Virus record (IMG/VR): IMGVR_UViG_3300026519_000020
Location: 1 to 45,343 of that record
Source of the DNA: a virus
Taxonomy: Duplodnaviria; Caudoviricetes
Strand: one strand, 5' to 3'
Length of the DNA stretch: 45,343 bases
Part shown: positions 1 through 10,500 of the stretch, in pieces
Position numbering within the stretch: the stretch's first letter is position 1
How the letters are laid out: each line of letters begins with the position of its first letter
Translations under genes and position numbers: made by a program
Notes under the pieces: generated by a model
Database searches by the model: none
What the model was told of the DNA's origin: nothing
Seen by the model: the letters and a program-made list of their open reading frames with translations, nothing else

Positions 1-13
1 TCAGAAGCACAAT
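1..13. repeat. Terminal 13-bp overlap (copy 1; identical to 45331-45343), circular contig junction
   Basis: TCAGAAGCACAAT at both ends; joining them keeps the capsid ORF in frame. Confidence 0.95.
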
Positions 14-666
14 CATATTTAGAAGCAATGTCTAATGAAGTTGCAACTAAACTGATTTACGGTAACTCTGCTTCTGATCCTGAAGAATTTATGGGGTTAT
101 CTCCACGATTCAACAGTTTATCAGCTGCTAACGGTAACCAAATCATCGATGCCGGTGGTACCGGTTCTGATAATACATCAGTGTGGTTTGTAACCTGGGG
201 GGATAATCAATGTACTTTGTTATACCCTAAAGGTACTAAAGCAGGTGTTCAACGTCAGGATATGGGTGAACAGCGTGTTCTTGATGGTTCAGGTAATGCT
301 TATTATGCAATGGAAGAAAAATTCACATGGCATGTTGGTTTAGCTGTTAAAGATTGGCGTTATGTCACACGTATTGCGAATATTGATGTATCCAATATGC
401 AGTCAGGCTCTGTTGCACTTTACACATTCATGCGTAAAGCGTATTACAAACTTCAGAATCGTCGTGTTGCAGGCGGTAAGATTTGCATTTACTGCAATCG
501 TGACGTGCTTGAATCACTTGATGCTCTGGCCACGAATGCAGGTGCAAGTGATAATTTCACACGGTTGAAACCTATGGAAATTGAAGGTAAGGAAGTAATG
601 ACTTACCGGGGTATTCCGATTCGTGAAACTGATGCGATTATCAACACTGAAGCGCGGGTAACATAA
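1..666 (+). CDS. Major capsid protein, 3' part (full gene 44998-45330 joined to 1-666, 332 aa; BPP-1 Bbp17/epsilon15 gp7-like HK97 fold)
   Basis: Open frame from base 1 (SEAQSYLEAM...); motifs LIYGN..PEEFMGL.PRF, IIDAGGTG, GLAVKDWRYVTRIANID, YRGIPIRETDAI; follows scaffold. Confidence 0.92.
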   Translation, partial: SEAQSYLEAMSNEVATKLIYGNSASDPEEFMGLSPRFNSLSAANGNQIIDAGGTGSDNTSVWFVTWGDNQCTLLYPKGTKAGVQRQDMGEQRVLDGSGNAYYAMEEKFTWHVGLAVKDWRYVTRIANIDVSNMQSGSVALYTFMRKAYYKLQNRRVAGGKICIYCNRDVLESLDALATNAGASDNFTRLKPMEIEGKEVMTYRGIPIRETDAIINTEARVT

Positions 667-684
667 TCGCGTAGGTGATCAGAT

Positions 685-707
685 GCTGGGGGAAACCCCG
701 GCTATTT
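685..707 (+). terminator. Hairpin after capsid gene (probable leaky terminator)
   Basis: GCTGGGG-GAAA-CCCCGGC then TATTT; weak U-tract. Confidence 0.6.
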
Positions 708-728
708 AAACTTTTTAGGAGATATGAA

Positions 729-1160
729 ATGATTTTATCAGCTCAACAATTGTTCTCTGATGACCAGGCGATTACAGCTAACGCTGATTCAACTAATGTC
801 ATCGATCTTGGCGTAGCCGGTACACCTTATGGTGCTGCTGCTGCACTTAATGCAGACGTGGGTAAAGGTGCTAAGGTTCCGATCTTAATCCAAATTACTG
901 AAGCGTTTAATAACCTTACATCGATTGAAGTTAGAATTTCAACCGGTACAGCTGCAACACTTGGTACAACTATCGCCAGTGAAGTTATTTTATTAACAGA
1001 CGCTGTTGTTGGTAAACAAATGGTCATTAATGTATTACCTGACCAGATTACAGAACGATATTTAGGTATCGAATATGTAGTTGTGGGTGTCGCACCCACT
1101 ACCGGGCGGATAACAGCCGGTATTACAATGGGTGTTCAAACCAACGTGAACGGTGCTTAA
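729..1160 (+). CDS. Capsid cement/decoration protein (Bbp16-like)
   Basis: MIL..QQLFSDDQAIT..ADSTNVIDLG N-terminus; AGGAGA RBS before ATG 729 (track start 675 runs through the hairpin); directly after capsid gene. Confidence 0.8.
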   Translation: MILSAQQLFSDDQAITANADSTNVIDLGVAGTPYGAAAALNADVGKGAKVPILIQITEAFNNLTSIEVRISTGTAATLGTTIASEVILLTDAVVGKQMVINVLPDQITERYLGIEYVVVGVAPTTGRITAGITMGVQTNVNGA

Positions 1161-1162
1161 TC

Positions 1163-1195
1163 AATAAGGGTGGCGCAGGTCACCCTTATTTTTTT
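1163..1195 (+). terminator. Rho-independent terminator
   Basis: AATAAGGGTGGC-GCAG-GTCACCCTTATT followed by a T-run. Confidence 0.85.
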
Positions 1196-1215
1196 AATCA
1201 ATTTGGAGATATATT

Positions 1216-1548
1216 ATGCCAATGTATAAAGTAATTGCTAAAGGTTTTCATCATGGTGAACTTTACGATCCTGAAGGGAAGCGTAAGACATTGCATGTAG
1301 ATAAACCTTTTAATAAAAAGAATCCAATGCCGAAATGGTTAAGTGAAATGCCTAAAGAATCTGAAAGTCTTAAAGCCAAGCGTTTAGCGTATAAAAAAGC
1401 TCAAGCTGAACTTGAAGCTGAAAAAGCAAAACAAGATGCTAAAGATATTTCAGCCGCATCAACTGAAGGCAACGGTGAAAAAGTATCATTTATTGATAAA
1501 GCGAAAGATGTTTTATCAGGTAAAAGTTCCAATGTAGAAACTGTTTAA
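1216..1548 (+). CDS. Hypothetical virion-module protein
   Basis: GGAGA RBS; 110 aa; YKVIAKGFH.G.LYDP N-terminus; head-gene context. Confidence 0.75.
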   Translation: MPMYKVIAKGFHHGELYDPEGKRKTLHVDKPFNKKNPMPKWLSEMPKESESLKAKRLAYKKAQAELEAEKAKQDAKDISAASTEGNGEKVSFIDKAKDVLSGKSSNVETV

Positions 1549-1571
1549 ATTATTATTAGTGAGGTTCAATC

Positions 1572-1877
1572 ATGATGGAAGAAATGGTTAAGATTAAAAA
1601 AGAAAAACAGAGCAGGGATGTTACTTGTTGTTCTGATGATAATTATTATCCTTACGGTACCAGTATAAGTATCGATGATGATTTAGTCGATGAACTTAAT
1701 GCCGGGAATTTAGTAGTCGGTGACATTATTGAAATTAAAGCTCATGCTTTTGTTGATAGTAAAAGTGAATCGAGCAATAAAGAAGGTTCAAATAAATCAA
1801 TACGTCTACAACTCACATCGATGAATATCGAACGTAAAGATGATGATAGAATTAAGCAAATGTACGGTTCTGATTAA
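1572..1877 (+). CDS. Capsid staple-like protein (epsilon15 gp10-like)
   Basis: YPYG..I.IDD..V..L......VGD...I.A...V......SIRLQLT.M pattern; GAGG RBS. Confidence 0.65.
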   Translation: MMEEMVKIKKEKQSRDVTCCSDDNYYPYGTSISIDDDLVDELNAGNLVVGDIIEIKAHAFVDSKSESSNKEGSNKSIRLQLTSMNIERKDDDRIKQMYGSD

Positions 1878-2533
1878 TGACTTCCGAAGTTGAAATAGCC
1901 AACTTAGCATTATCTAATATTCGCGCAGGTAGCATTAATAGCTTTGATGAAAGTAATATACAAGCGCAAATTTGTAAACTTAAGTACCCTTTAATTCGTG
2001 ACATGATGCTTGCTGATAACGTGTGGGGATTCGCACGTAAAATTAAAGGATTACCATTATTAACCGTTGAGATATTCAATTGGGGTTACGCATACCAATA
2101 TCCTTTAGATTGTTTAAAAATCAACAGGTTAATACCTGAACACGAACAATTATTAAATGCTGACGCTGATATTGTGTCACGAATGATGGATAATAATTTA
2201 TTACCATTAAAAGATTTACGACAGCAAGTACCCTATGAAGTATTTAACTTTAGTGAAAATAAAATCATAGCAGCAAATGAGTCTGATTTAAGAATAGAAT
2301 ACGTTGCTAAAATAACAGATCCCAATTTATTCACCCCTTCTTTCATTTTGGCAATCAGTCATTTATTGGCTGCTGAAATTGCTATACCTATCGTCGGTAA
2401 AGAAACAGGTCGTGATTTACGCAGTGATTCAATGTCAATGTACAGTGAATATTATGCGTCAGCAACTTCAGATGATTTAAACGAAACTTACTATGCACCG
2501 GGTTTAAGTGAATTTGAAACCATACGGAGATAA
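1877..2533 (+). CDS. Head-tail adaptor / tail tubular protein A
   Basis: S.VEIANLAL..I, W.FA, YAYQYP.DCL.I, F..AI...LAAEIA.PI motifs; precedes nozzle. Confidence 0.85.
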   Translation: MTSEVEIANLALSNIRAGSINSFDESNIQAQICKLKYPLIRDMMLADNVWGFARKIKGLPLLTVEIFNWGYAYQYPLDCLKINRLIPEHEQLLNADADIVSRMMDNNLLPLKDLRQQVPYEVFNFSENKIIAANESDLRIEYVAKITDPNLFTPSFILAISHLLAAEIAIPIVGKETGRDLRSDSMSMYSEYYASATSDDLNETYYAPGLSEFETIRR

Positions 2534-2536
2534 AAA

Positions 2537-4846
2537 GTGCCGCAAATTATTCAACGTAGTTTCACAGCCGGTGAATTATCGCCACCGTTGCAGTCCAGAG
2601 CGGATTTAAGTAAATATTCGGCCGGTTTAAGTTTGTGTGAAAACTTCTTTATCCGTTCCCAGGGTGGTATTTATTCACGCCCAGGGTTTAAATACATAGG
2701 TCCTCAATCCGATCACAGCAAGAAAGGTCGGTTAATACCTTTCAGTTTTAATACACAACAAACATATATCCTTGTTTTTGAACATCTTAAAATGCGTGTC
2801 ATTAAGAATGGGGGTTATGTATTAGCAGGCGGCGGGCCTGCGATATTTGAAATATCAACGCCGTACATTGAAACCGATTTACCGCGTTTAGGTTACACTC
2901 AATCAGCTGATGTTATGACCATTGTGCATCCTTCCTATGATGACAGGGATTTGAGCAGATTGGCTGATGATAACTGGACACTTGTTGTGAATAATTACGC
3001 ATCAACGGTTACAGCGCCGGTTATCAGCTCGGTTGTAGCAGGCGGTGCAGGCGCGGGATCATTCAATAGAAAATATGAATACGTTGTTACTGCTGTTGAT
3101 GATAACGGTATTGAATCGTTGGCTTCAGCGGCAGTTAATATAACAACAGCGTCATTATCACAGACAGCATACAATCGTGTTACATGGAGTGCTGTAACCG
3201 GCGCATCGTATTACAGAATTTATAAAGATCCATCTGCTGATACGGGGATATACGGTTGGATTGGTGATTCAGATAATTTAACATTTGATGATTTCAATAT
3301 TGCACCAATAACCAGTGATGCTCCACCTGAAGACCGGCAACCTTTCACGGGTGTCGGAAACAAACCCGCCGTAGTAAATTATTTTCAACAACGTAAAATA
3401 TTTGCTAACACCAATAATGAGCCTCAAGCAGTTTTTACAACGCAAACGGGGAAATTCAAATCGTTAAGAACATCTAATCCGGCACGTGATGATGATGCAA
3501 TCACATTCACTATTGCGGCACAACAGGTGAATGAAATACGACACTTACTATCGCTTGATTCATTAATCTTATTAACATCTGGCGGTGAATGGATAGCAAC
3601 AGAAGGTCAGGATAAAGTATTAACACCTGCGACTATCGGTGTCAGGCCGCAATCTTACAACGGTTCTTCCTGGGTTAAACCGGTAGTTATTAATAGTACT
3701 GCTTTATATCTTCAAGAAAAGAACGCACGTATTCGGGATTTAGGCTATCAATTTAGCAGTGACAAATACACCGGTAATGACTTATCAATCATGTCAGAAC
3801 ATTTATTCAGTGATTACACTATTACTGAAATGGCGTACGCTGATGAACCATACGGTGTTTTATGGTGTGTGCGTAGCGACGGAGTAATGTTGGGTTTAAC
3901 TTATCAGCGTGAACATGAAGTCTGGGGATGGCACCAGCATAATACACTCGGTAGTTTTGAATCAGTTGCTACTATTAGTGAAGACGGTCGTGATGCTTTA
4001 TATGCGATTATCAAACGAACAATAAACGGTTCAACAGTTCGTTATATTGAAAGACTTGAAAAAGTTGAAAAAAACAATGCTGAAAATGCGTTTTGTGTTG
4101 ATTCAGGACTATCTTATATAGGTGCGTCGTCGATAATATCAGGTGCAACGCAAACAAATCCGATTGTAATAACTTCAGTCGGGCACCCTCACAGTAATGG
4201 TGACACGCTGCATATTAAGAATATTACTGGTATGGTTGAGTTGAATAATAACAATTATCTTATCGGTAATGTGACTACTAATACTTTTGAACTAACGGGT
4301 ATCGATGGTACCGGGTTTACACCTTATGTATCCGGGGGGATCGCAGCCAAAGCTGTTTTGTCGATTTCAGGTTTAGATCATTTAGAAGGTGAGAATGTTA
4401 TTATATTAGCCGATGCTAACGTTATTGAAGGTAAAACAATATCATCGGGTATTGTGACACTTGATACAGCCGCTTCAATAATTCATGTCGGTTTAGCTTA
4501 CACACCCGCTATGGAAACCCTTGATTTAGATGTCGCTGCCGCAGCTGAATCATTAAAGGCGCGATCATTGTCCGTGTCTAAAGTAGTTATTGAAGTTGAA
4601 AATTCTCGCGGCGGTTTCATAGGCGCACGTGTTGATAGTAACACTGATAAAGTTGTTAATTTTACTGAAATTAAACCCCGATTTGAAAGTGATAATTATG
4701 ATCCTATTGCGTTAAAAACACATAAAGAAGAAGTTATTATACAACCTGATTGGGGTAAATCTGGAGGTGTACGTATTGAACAACGGTCACCGTTGCCTTT
4801 AAATATTCTCTCAGTGATCCCCCAGGTTGATATCGGTGGTAATTGA
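2537..4846 (+). CDS. Tail nozzle / tail tubular protein B
   Basis: SF.AGELSP, LIPF.F, TQSADV, P.VV.YFQQR, V.GWH.H and R...PLPLNILS motifs; GTG start. Confidence 0.9.
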   Translation: MPQIIQRSFTAGELSPPLQSRADLSKYSAGLSLCENFFIRSQGGIYSRPGFKYIGPQSDHSKKGRLIPFSFNTQQTYILVFEHLKMRVIKNGGYVLAGGGPAIFEISTPYIETDLPRLGYTQSADVMTIVHPSYDDRDLSRLADDNWTLVVNNYASTVTAPVISSVVAGGAGAGSFNRKYEYVVTAVDDNGIESLASAAVNITTASLSQTAYNRVTWSAVTGASYYRIYKDPSADTGIYGWIGDSDNLTFDDFNIAPITSDAPPEDRQPFTGVGNKPAVVNYFQQRKIFANTNNEPQAVFTTQTGKFKSLRTSNPARDDDAITFTIAAQQVNEIRHLLSLDSLILLTSGGEWIATEGQDKVLTPATIGVRPQSYNGSSWVKPVVINSTALYLQEKNARIRDLGYQFSSDKYTGNDLSIMSEHLFSDYTITEMAYADEPYGVLWCVRSDGVMLGLTYQREHEVWGWHQHNTLGSFESVATISEDGRDALYAIIKRTINGSTVRYIERLEKVEKNNAENAFCVDSGLSYIGASSIISGATQTNPIVITSVGHPHSNGDTLHIKNITGMVELNNNNYLIGNVTTNTFELTGIDGTGFTPYVSGGIAAKAVLSISGLDHLEGENVIILADANVIEGKTISSGIVTLDTAASIIHVGLAYTPAMETLDLDVAAAAESLKARSLSVSKVVIEVENSRGGFIGARVDSNTDKVVNFTEIKPRFESDNYDPIALKTHKEEVIIQPDWGKSGGVRIEQRSPLPLNILSVIPQVDIGGN

Positions 4847-5297
4847 GCATTTAAGACCAACTGTCGAATTGGTTGAAATAATAGCCAAAAACATGCGACA
4901 AGCTGATATTAATGAAGCATGGGTGTCATTCCATCAAACACCGTTAGAAGCCCTGATGGACTCGTGGAAAGCATCGAAATACAGTGTAGTGATTAGTGTT
5001 GATGGGGAACCCTGCGTGATGATAGGGCTTGTTATACGTGACCTGCTATCAGATTATGGTATACCCTGGATGCTGGGAACCGACACGGCATTGAAACATA
5101 AAAAATGTTTCTTTAGCCTGGTACCGGATATTATTGACGATATGTTTAAAGTTTGTTCCAGATTGCATAATCACGTACACTGTAAAAATGAAGCTAGTAT
5201 TAAGTGGTTGAAATGGATAGGTTTTACACTATGCGATCCTAAACCATACGGTGTTGAAAATGAGTTATTTCATGAATTTTATTTAGAGAGAATTTAA
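4827..5297 (+). CDS. GNAT-fold internal virion protein A-like (T7 gp13/DUF2833-like); start possibly GTG 4836
   Basis: MR.AD..E, PWMLGT, L.N.V...N..SIKWLKW.GF motifs; after nozzle. Confidence 0.75.
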   Translation: MISVVIEHLRPTVELVEIIAKNMRQADINEAWVSFHQTPLEALMDSWKASKYSVVISVDGEPCVMIGLVIRDLLSDYGIPWMLGTDTALKHKKCFFSLVPDIIDDMFKVCSRLHNHVHCKNEASIKWLKWIGFTLCDPKPYGVENELFHEFYLERI

Positions 5298-5299
5298 AA

Positions 5300-5833
5300 A
5301 TGTGTTCAGTAGAAGCAGCAATGTTAATTTATTCAGCATATTACACCAGCGAAGCGCAAAAAAACGAAGGTGAATATCAATCAGGTGTTGCTAAATACAA
5401 CAAGCGTGTTGCTGAAAATACAGCACAGAAAGAACGCAACAGAGGTACTGAAGAAGAAAACATACAACGTCGTAAAACTGCTGAACTATTATCTAAACAA
5501 CGTGCTGAACTTGGTGCCAGTAATGTATCATTGGAAGCTGGAACAGCACTTCAATTACAACAAAACACCGTTGCACTTGGTGAAGCTGATGCGTTGCGTA
5601 TCCGTGCTAATACTGAGCAACGTGTTAGCGCACTGATGACTAAAGGTGAATTACTTGGTAAAGATGCTGAAAATGCTTTAACGGCCGCTAAAAATAAATC
5701 AACAGGAACATTATTAAGCGGTGCAGCTTCAGTTGCAGGAACGGGTGTTGCTGATAAGTGGTTTACACCTGACAGTGCCGCTGTAGCCGGTGACGCATAT
5801 CAACCAGCGCGTGTTTATGGTCGAGGTAGATAA
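5300..5833 (+). CDS. Internal virion/ejection protein (T7 gp14-like)
   Basis: MC start, Ala/Gln-rich helix, Q.A..GAS.V....G motif; synteny. Confidence 0.75.
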   Translation: MCSVEAAMLIYSAYYTSEAQKNEGEYQSGVAKYNKRVAENTAQKERNRGTEEENIQRRKTAELLSKQRAELGASNVSLEAGTALQLQQNTVALGEADALRIRANTEQRVSALMTKGELLGKDAENALTAAKNKSTGTLLSGAASVAGTGVADKWFTPDSAAVAGDAYQPARVYGRGR

Positions 5834-7515
5834 TGCCTAAAGTTACTCAATATCAACCTAATCAGGTTCAAACAGAAGTTGTACAACAACCGTTAGCCAG
5901 TAATGCACCGGCGGCAACTTTCGGTGCTGACATTGGTAAAGGGTTGCAGGATGTAGCGCAAGCGACTTTCAATATGAAAGAACGTATTGATACTACATCA
6001 GCTGAGGAAGCTGCTGTGCAATTTGAACGTGATAAAAATGATATATTTTTTAATCCTGATACGGGTTATTTTAATACTCAGGGTAAAAATGCTTACGATC
6101 AATCAATTGAAACAACGAAGTCGCTTGAAAAATTAAAAAAGAAATACGCCGACACATTGAATTCTAATGCACGTAATTTATTTAACAAAGTTGCTCAACG
6201 ACAGATTACATCAGCTAACAATGATATTGCGCGTTATGCAGCAAAAGGTTTAAAGGTTTGGGAGATTTCAACTCTTGAATCACAAACAGAGAATGCACTT
6301 GAAAATTCCGCTTTATATTGGGATCAACCTGATAAGTTGAAAATACAAAATATACTGGGTCGTCAATCAATTATAGAATCTTCAAAGATGACCGGTATTA
6401 GTTCTGAATCAACTAATGAAAAGTTACAGTCGTTTCAATCAGCGTTTGCAACTAATATAATAACTGCTGCAACACAAAGCAGTGCTGATGATGGAGAGGT
6501 TGTATTTAAAAATTATGCAGATGAATTAGAAGGACCTGATAAAATTAAAATGACAGCATTGATTGAGAAAAAACGCCAGGTTGAAAAAGTCAAAGCCGAT
6601 GCTGAAATGTCATTATTGACGGCTAATAAATTAGTTGAACAATATGATAATCTTGAAGATGCCATCAAAGAAGTGAAGAAGATAAAAGATACTGAGTTGC
6701 AAAAGAAAACACTTACTGAAACCCGGGTGCAATTTAATATTAAAAAAACATTTGAAAAAGAAAAAGCTAACGATGCTTATCAGGATATTATAGGTGAGGT
6801 TAATGACGGTAAAACTATTAATATGATTCAGGCTGAATCAAGCGAATCGTGGTTGGCTATGACAGATAAACAAAGAAACAATATATTATCTGGGAAACAC
6901 ATGATAACAAATCAAGTGTTGTTGAATAAATTACGATTGTTGCCCGATAGTGAAAAAGCTAAATTAAACCCTAATGATTATTCAGACGAACTTAAACCTG
7001 CCGATATGAATAAATTAACAACTGAAATTAAAGCAGCTAAAAAAGGTCAGCAAGGAAGTCGTGTTAAATCATTGGCTTCAAAGTCAATGATTGCAGCTGA
7101 AGGGATTTTCGGTAAAAAGTCGAAATGGTCTAAAAAAAGCGGAGGTTTAACTAAAAAAGGTGAACAAGCTAATGAGTTTTTAAATGATTTACAAAGTGCG
7201 ATTGACGAATGGGAAACGGATAATAAACGCAGAATAACACCTGTTGAAGAAAACAAAATAATAGCTGAATTCACAGGTGTTATTGTTGCAGAGCGTTCTT
7301 TTCTCGGAATTGATATTTTATCTGGTGATGATGAACTCGATTTAACAAACACACCTGCTGCTGATATTCGTCTTTTAAATAGAATTAAAAATGCTTTCCC
7401 TGAGCGCGTTGATCAAACCGTGTTAGTTGATGCGTATCAATCTTTAATTGAAGCGGGTGAACCTATCAACGGTGAAACTTTAACCAAAGCTTATAAAAAA
7501 CAAAGGGTTAAATAA
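5833..7515 (+). CDS. Internal virion/ejection protein (gp15-like position)
   Basis: MPKV..Y start, G...G.GL, G.NA motif, helical composition; synteny. Confidence 0.7.
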   Translation: MPKVTQYQPNQVQTEVVQQPLASNAPAATFGADIGKGLQDVAQATFNMKERIDTTSAEEAAVQFERDKNDIFFNPDTGYFNTQGKNAYDQSIETTKSLEKLKKKYADTLNSNARNLFNKVAQRQITSANNDIARYAAKGLKVWEISTLESQTENALENSALYWDQPDKLKIQNILGRQSIIESSKMTGISSESTNEKLQSFQSAFATNIITAATQSSADDGEVVFKNYADELEGPDKIKMTALIEKKRQVEKVKADAEMSLLTANKLVEQYDNLEDAIKEVKKIKDTELQKKTLTETRVQFNIKKTFEKEKANDAYQDIIGEVNDGKTINMIQAESSESWLAMTDKQRNNILSGKHMITNQVLLNKLRLLPDSEKAKLNPNDYSDELKPADMNKLTTEIKAAKKGQQGSRVKSLASKSMIAAEGIFGKKSKWSKKSGGLTKKGEQANEFLNDLQSAIDEWETDNKRRITPVEENKIIAEFTGVIVAERSFLGIDILSGDDELDLTNTPAADIRLLNRIKNAFPERVDQTVLVDAYQSLIEAGEPINGETLTKAYKKQRVK

Positions 7516-7517
7516 CA

Positions 7518-10500
7518 ATGACATCTGACCAGGAAGATCTTGATTTTAGTTTTTTAGATAAAGTTTCTGAAATTGCTGATAATGAACTGGACTTTACAAG
7601 TCTGGATAATAGTGACGATTTAAAATTCACAATGGGTGAAGCTGTTAAAGTTGATCCCGACCGGCGTGCTAAAGTTTTAGACTTAAGTAAAAAAACAGGT
7701 ATTCCCAGTTTCGCTGTTGAAAATAATATTGACGAAGTTGAAACAACTGTTAAAAAAAACGAGTTTAATTTTACTGATTTAGATAATAACAACCCTGAAA
7801 CATCCAAATTTTTAAGTAATTATGATAATGCTGTTATTGCACAGGATGATATCCCTGTGTTGAGTGCTATTGAGAATGTTTTTAAAATATTTACTGGTAA
7901 CACTTTTAAAGATGTTGCTGAAGGTACTGTTCGCTCACTTGAAAATGTCAGTGAAACAATACCTCTCAGTTTTGAAAAAATGGGTGCTGGTTTTTTATTG
8001 CGAGGGGTTGATACTGCACCTGACCAGATTGATCAATTGATACCCGTGAGCGCGTTACCTATCGGAGTGGATATATCAGCGTCAGATTTATCAATTGAAT
8101 TTGCTAAGTCTTTCGGTGTCGAGTCTGACGAACAATTACAACAGGCTAAGATCGAAGGTCAAGAAAAACTTATAAATGAAATAATCGATATAGAAAGTAA
8201 AATTTCAAGTTTGACACCTAAAGATTTGAATATTCTTCAGCAAGGTTTGCGCGGCGGTGTTGAATCACTTGCTCAAATGGCACCTGGTTTCGGTTTAATG
8301 CTCGCATCTGGCGGTCGTGCTGCACCTATGTTAGCTGCAATGTATATTCAAACAACGTCCGGTTCATATGCTGAAGCACGTGCAGCGGGTTTAACACCTG
8401 ATGTTTCATTTTGGAAAGCTAACATCGACGGGGGCATTGAAGTCCTTACTGAGATATTACCTACTGCAAAACTAGAAAAAATATTAACAGGTAAAAGCAC
8501 CGGGAAATTAACTAAAGAAGCAATAAAGTTCATGATCCAAGAGCAAGGTACTGAACAATTAGCTACATTGGGTCAGTCATTAAATTCATATCTCTTCGGT
8601 CTTGATGAAGAAATGAATAATGCTAAATCAATATCAGAAATGATAGCGATACAAACAGAACGTCAAGCGGTTACCGTTGTTGCTACTTTTGTTGCTGGTG
8701 GCGCACAGATAGGGGCAGTTACGGGGATACGTAAAACTATCGAAAAAGCTGCTGACGCACTCGCAAAAGACTCGCAACAAAAAGAACAACGGGGCGAAGT
8801 AGAACAACAAAACATCGACAAGTTAAAAGAACAAATTGATAAATCGGAACTTCGGAAAAGAAGCCCTGAAACATTTAAACAATTCGTTGAACAAGCCGAC
8901 GGTGATAACAATACTAAAGTATTCATCGATAGTGATAGAGTTGATGAATTTCTACAAACTAAGACAATTGATGAAATTAATAATGATGAAGCATTGACTG
9001 AATTAGCTAAACAATTAGATGAAGCTACCGCACTTAAAATTGACATCCAGGTACCGGTTGCTGATTTTGCAACCAACTTCAATGATGAAATATTCACTCA
9101 ATTGCGCGACGGTATGACAATGAGTGAAGATGCAGTTGCGCCATTTCGTCAGGAAAAGAACACTAAAGAAGTTGACAAACGACTTAAATCTTTAATGGAA
9201 GAAGCGAAAAATAACGCCAGCGATTATGTTGACGCACAAGAAATAACGGATGCTATTCGTGAACAGTTAATTGACACCGGTGTTTACAGTCCTGAAGTCG
9301 CTAGTACAATGGCTGAACTGGTACCATTATATTTTGCAGCTAAAGCTGAACGTGAAGGGATAACGGTTAAGCAGGCTTATGAAAGTTACGGGTTCCGGGT
9401 TGAAGGTCCACAGACAGGCGAGAAGGCACGGTTGAGTGCTGAGGCGTTGGAGCAAGAAAGCGATTTCAATAGATTAGATGATTTATTAAAACAATATGAT
9501 GAAGCATTCGAATTAACTGAACCCGATTTTGTTAATGAAATTGAATCTTTAATTGATGACAGTAACATCGATACTGAAGGTAAATTATCTGAAGCTGTTT
9601 CTGCTTATAGAAAAGAACAGGATGATGATTTTAAACTCGGTGGTCGTAATGATATGGATCAGGCTTTTGATAATTTTAAAGCCGTTGTTGATGATGTTTT
9701 TAAACAATCTGCTACACTTAATAAAGAGGTGACAAAAGATGAAAGAAATAACGCAAATGAAGGGCGAGTTAATAGTACAGGACAAAAAACAGCCGCTGCT
9801 GAAAAAGCTTCTACCCAGCAAGAAATTATCGACGAAACGAAGAATCGAACTAGAAAACAAGCTCTGGCCGAATACGAACGCGCAGTAAAAGGTGAAACTG
9901 TAACCTTTGTTCATCGGACTAGTCAGGATTTTAAAGCGTTTGATGACTCGTTACTGGGTACAATCAACCCTGAAAAAACACCGTCGGGAAGTTTAGGTCA
10001 TTACATGGCGGCAGCCGATTTAGCTAATCTTGATAAATACGGTGACCTGGTTACTGTTTATGAATTTAAGTTAGAAAATCCTATTGAAATCAGTCAAGAA
10101 AGCTTTGAAGACACGGCTGAAATGACACATGAGGAAGTTGCTGAACGAAGACAACAATTAATGGATATGGGGCATGATGGCATACTGGTTAAGGATTTGA
10201 ACTGGGCTATTGTGTTTGAAGGTAAAACTGCAACCAAACTTGAAGAAGATACATCAGTACTTGATGATATAGTGTTAGAACAACCTGTTGATGACCTTTT
10301 TATCGCTCACAATCTAAGTGCTGAAAATATCATTGCAGCTGATGAACTCGGCGGGCTTGCGGCACCATCGCTTGCAACAGCACGAACAACAACCGGTGGT
10401 TTCGATAACTTCGGTGAAGTGACTTTGATTGCTGATAAGTCGCTATTGAAAGATAAAAAAGCACGAACATTCGATGCTGATATTTATTCACCACGGCAAC

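Noticed and set aside
675-728. Track N-terminal extensions (675, 35620, 42132, 32436)
   Set aside because: They run through hairpins, promoters or upstream genes; downstream ATGs have better RBS or context
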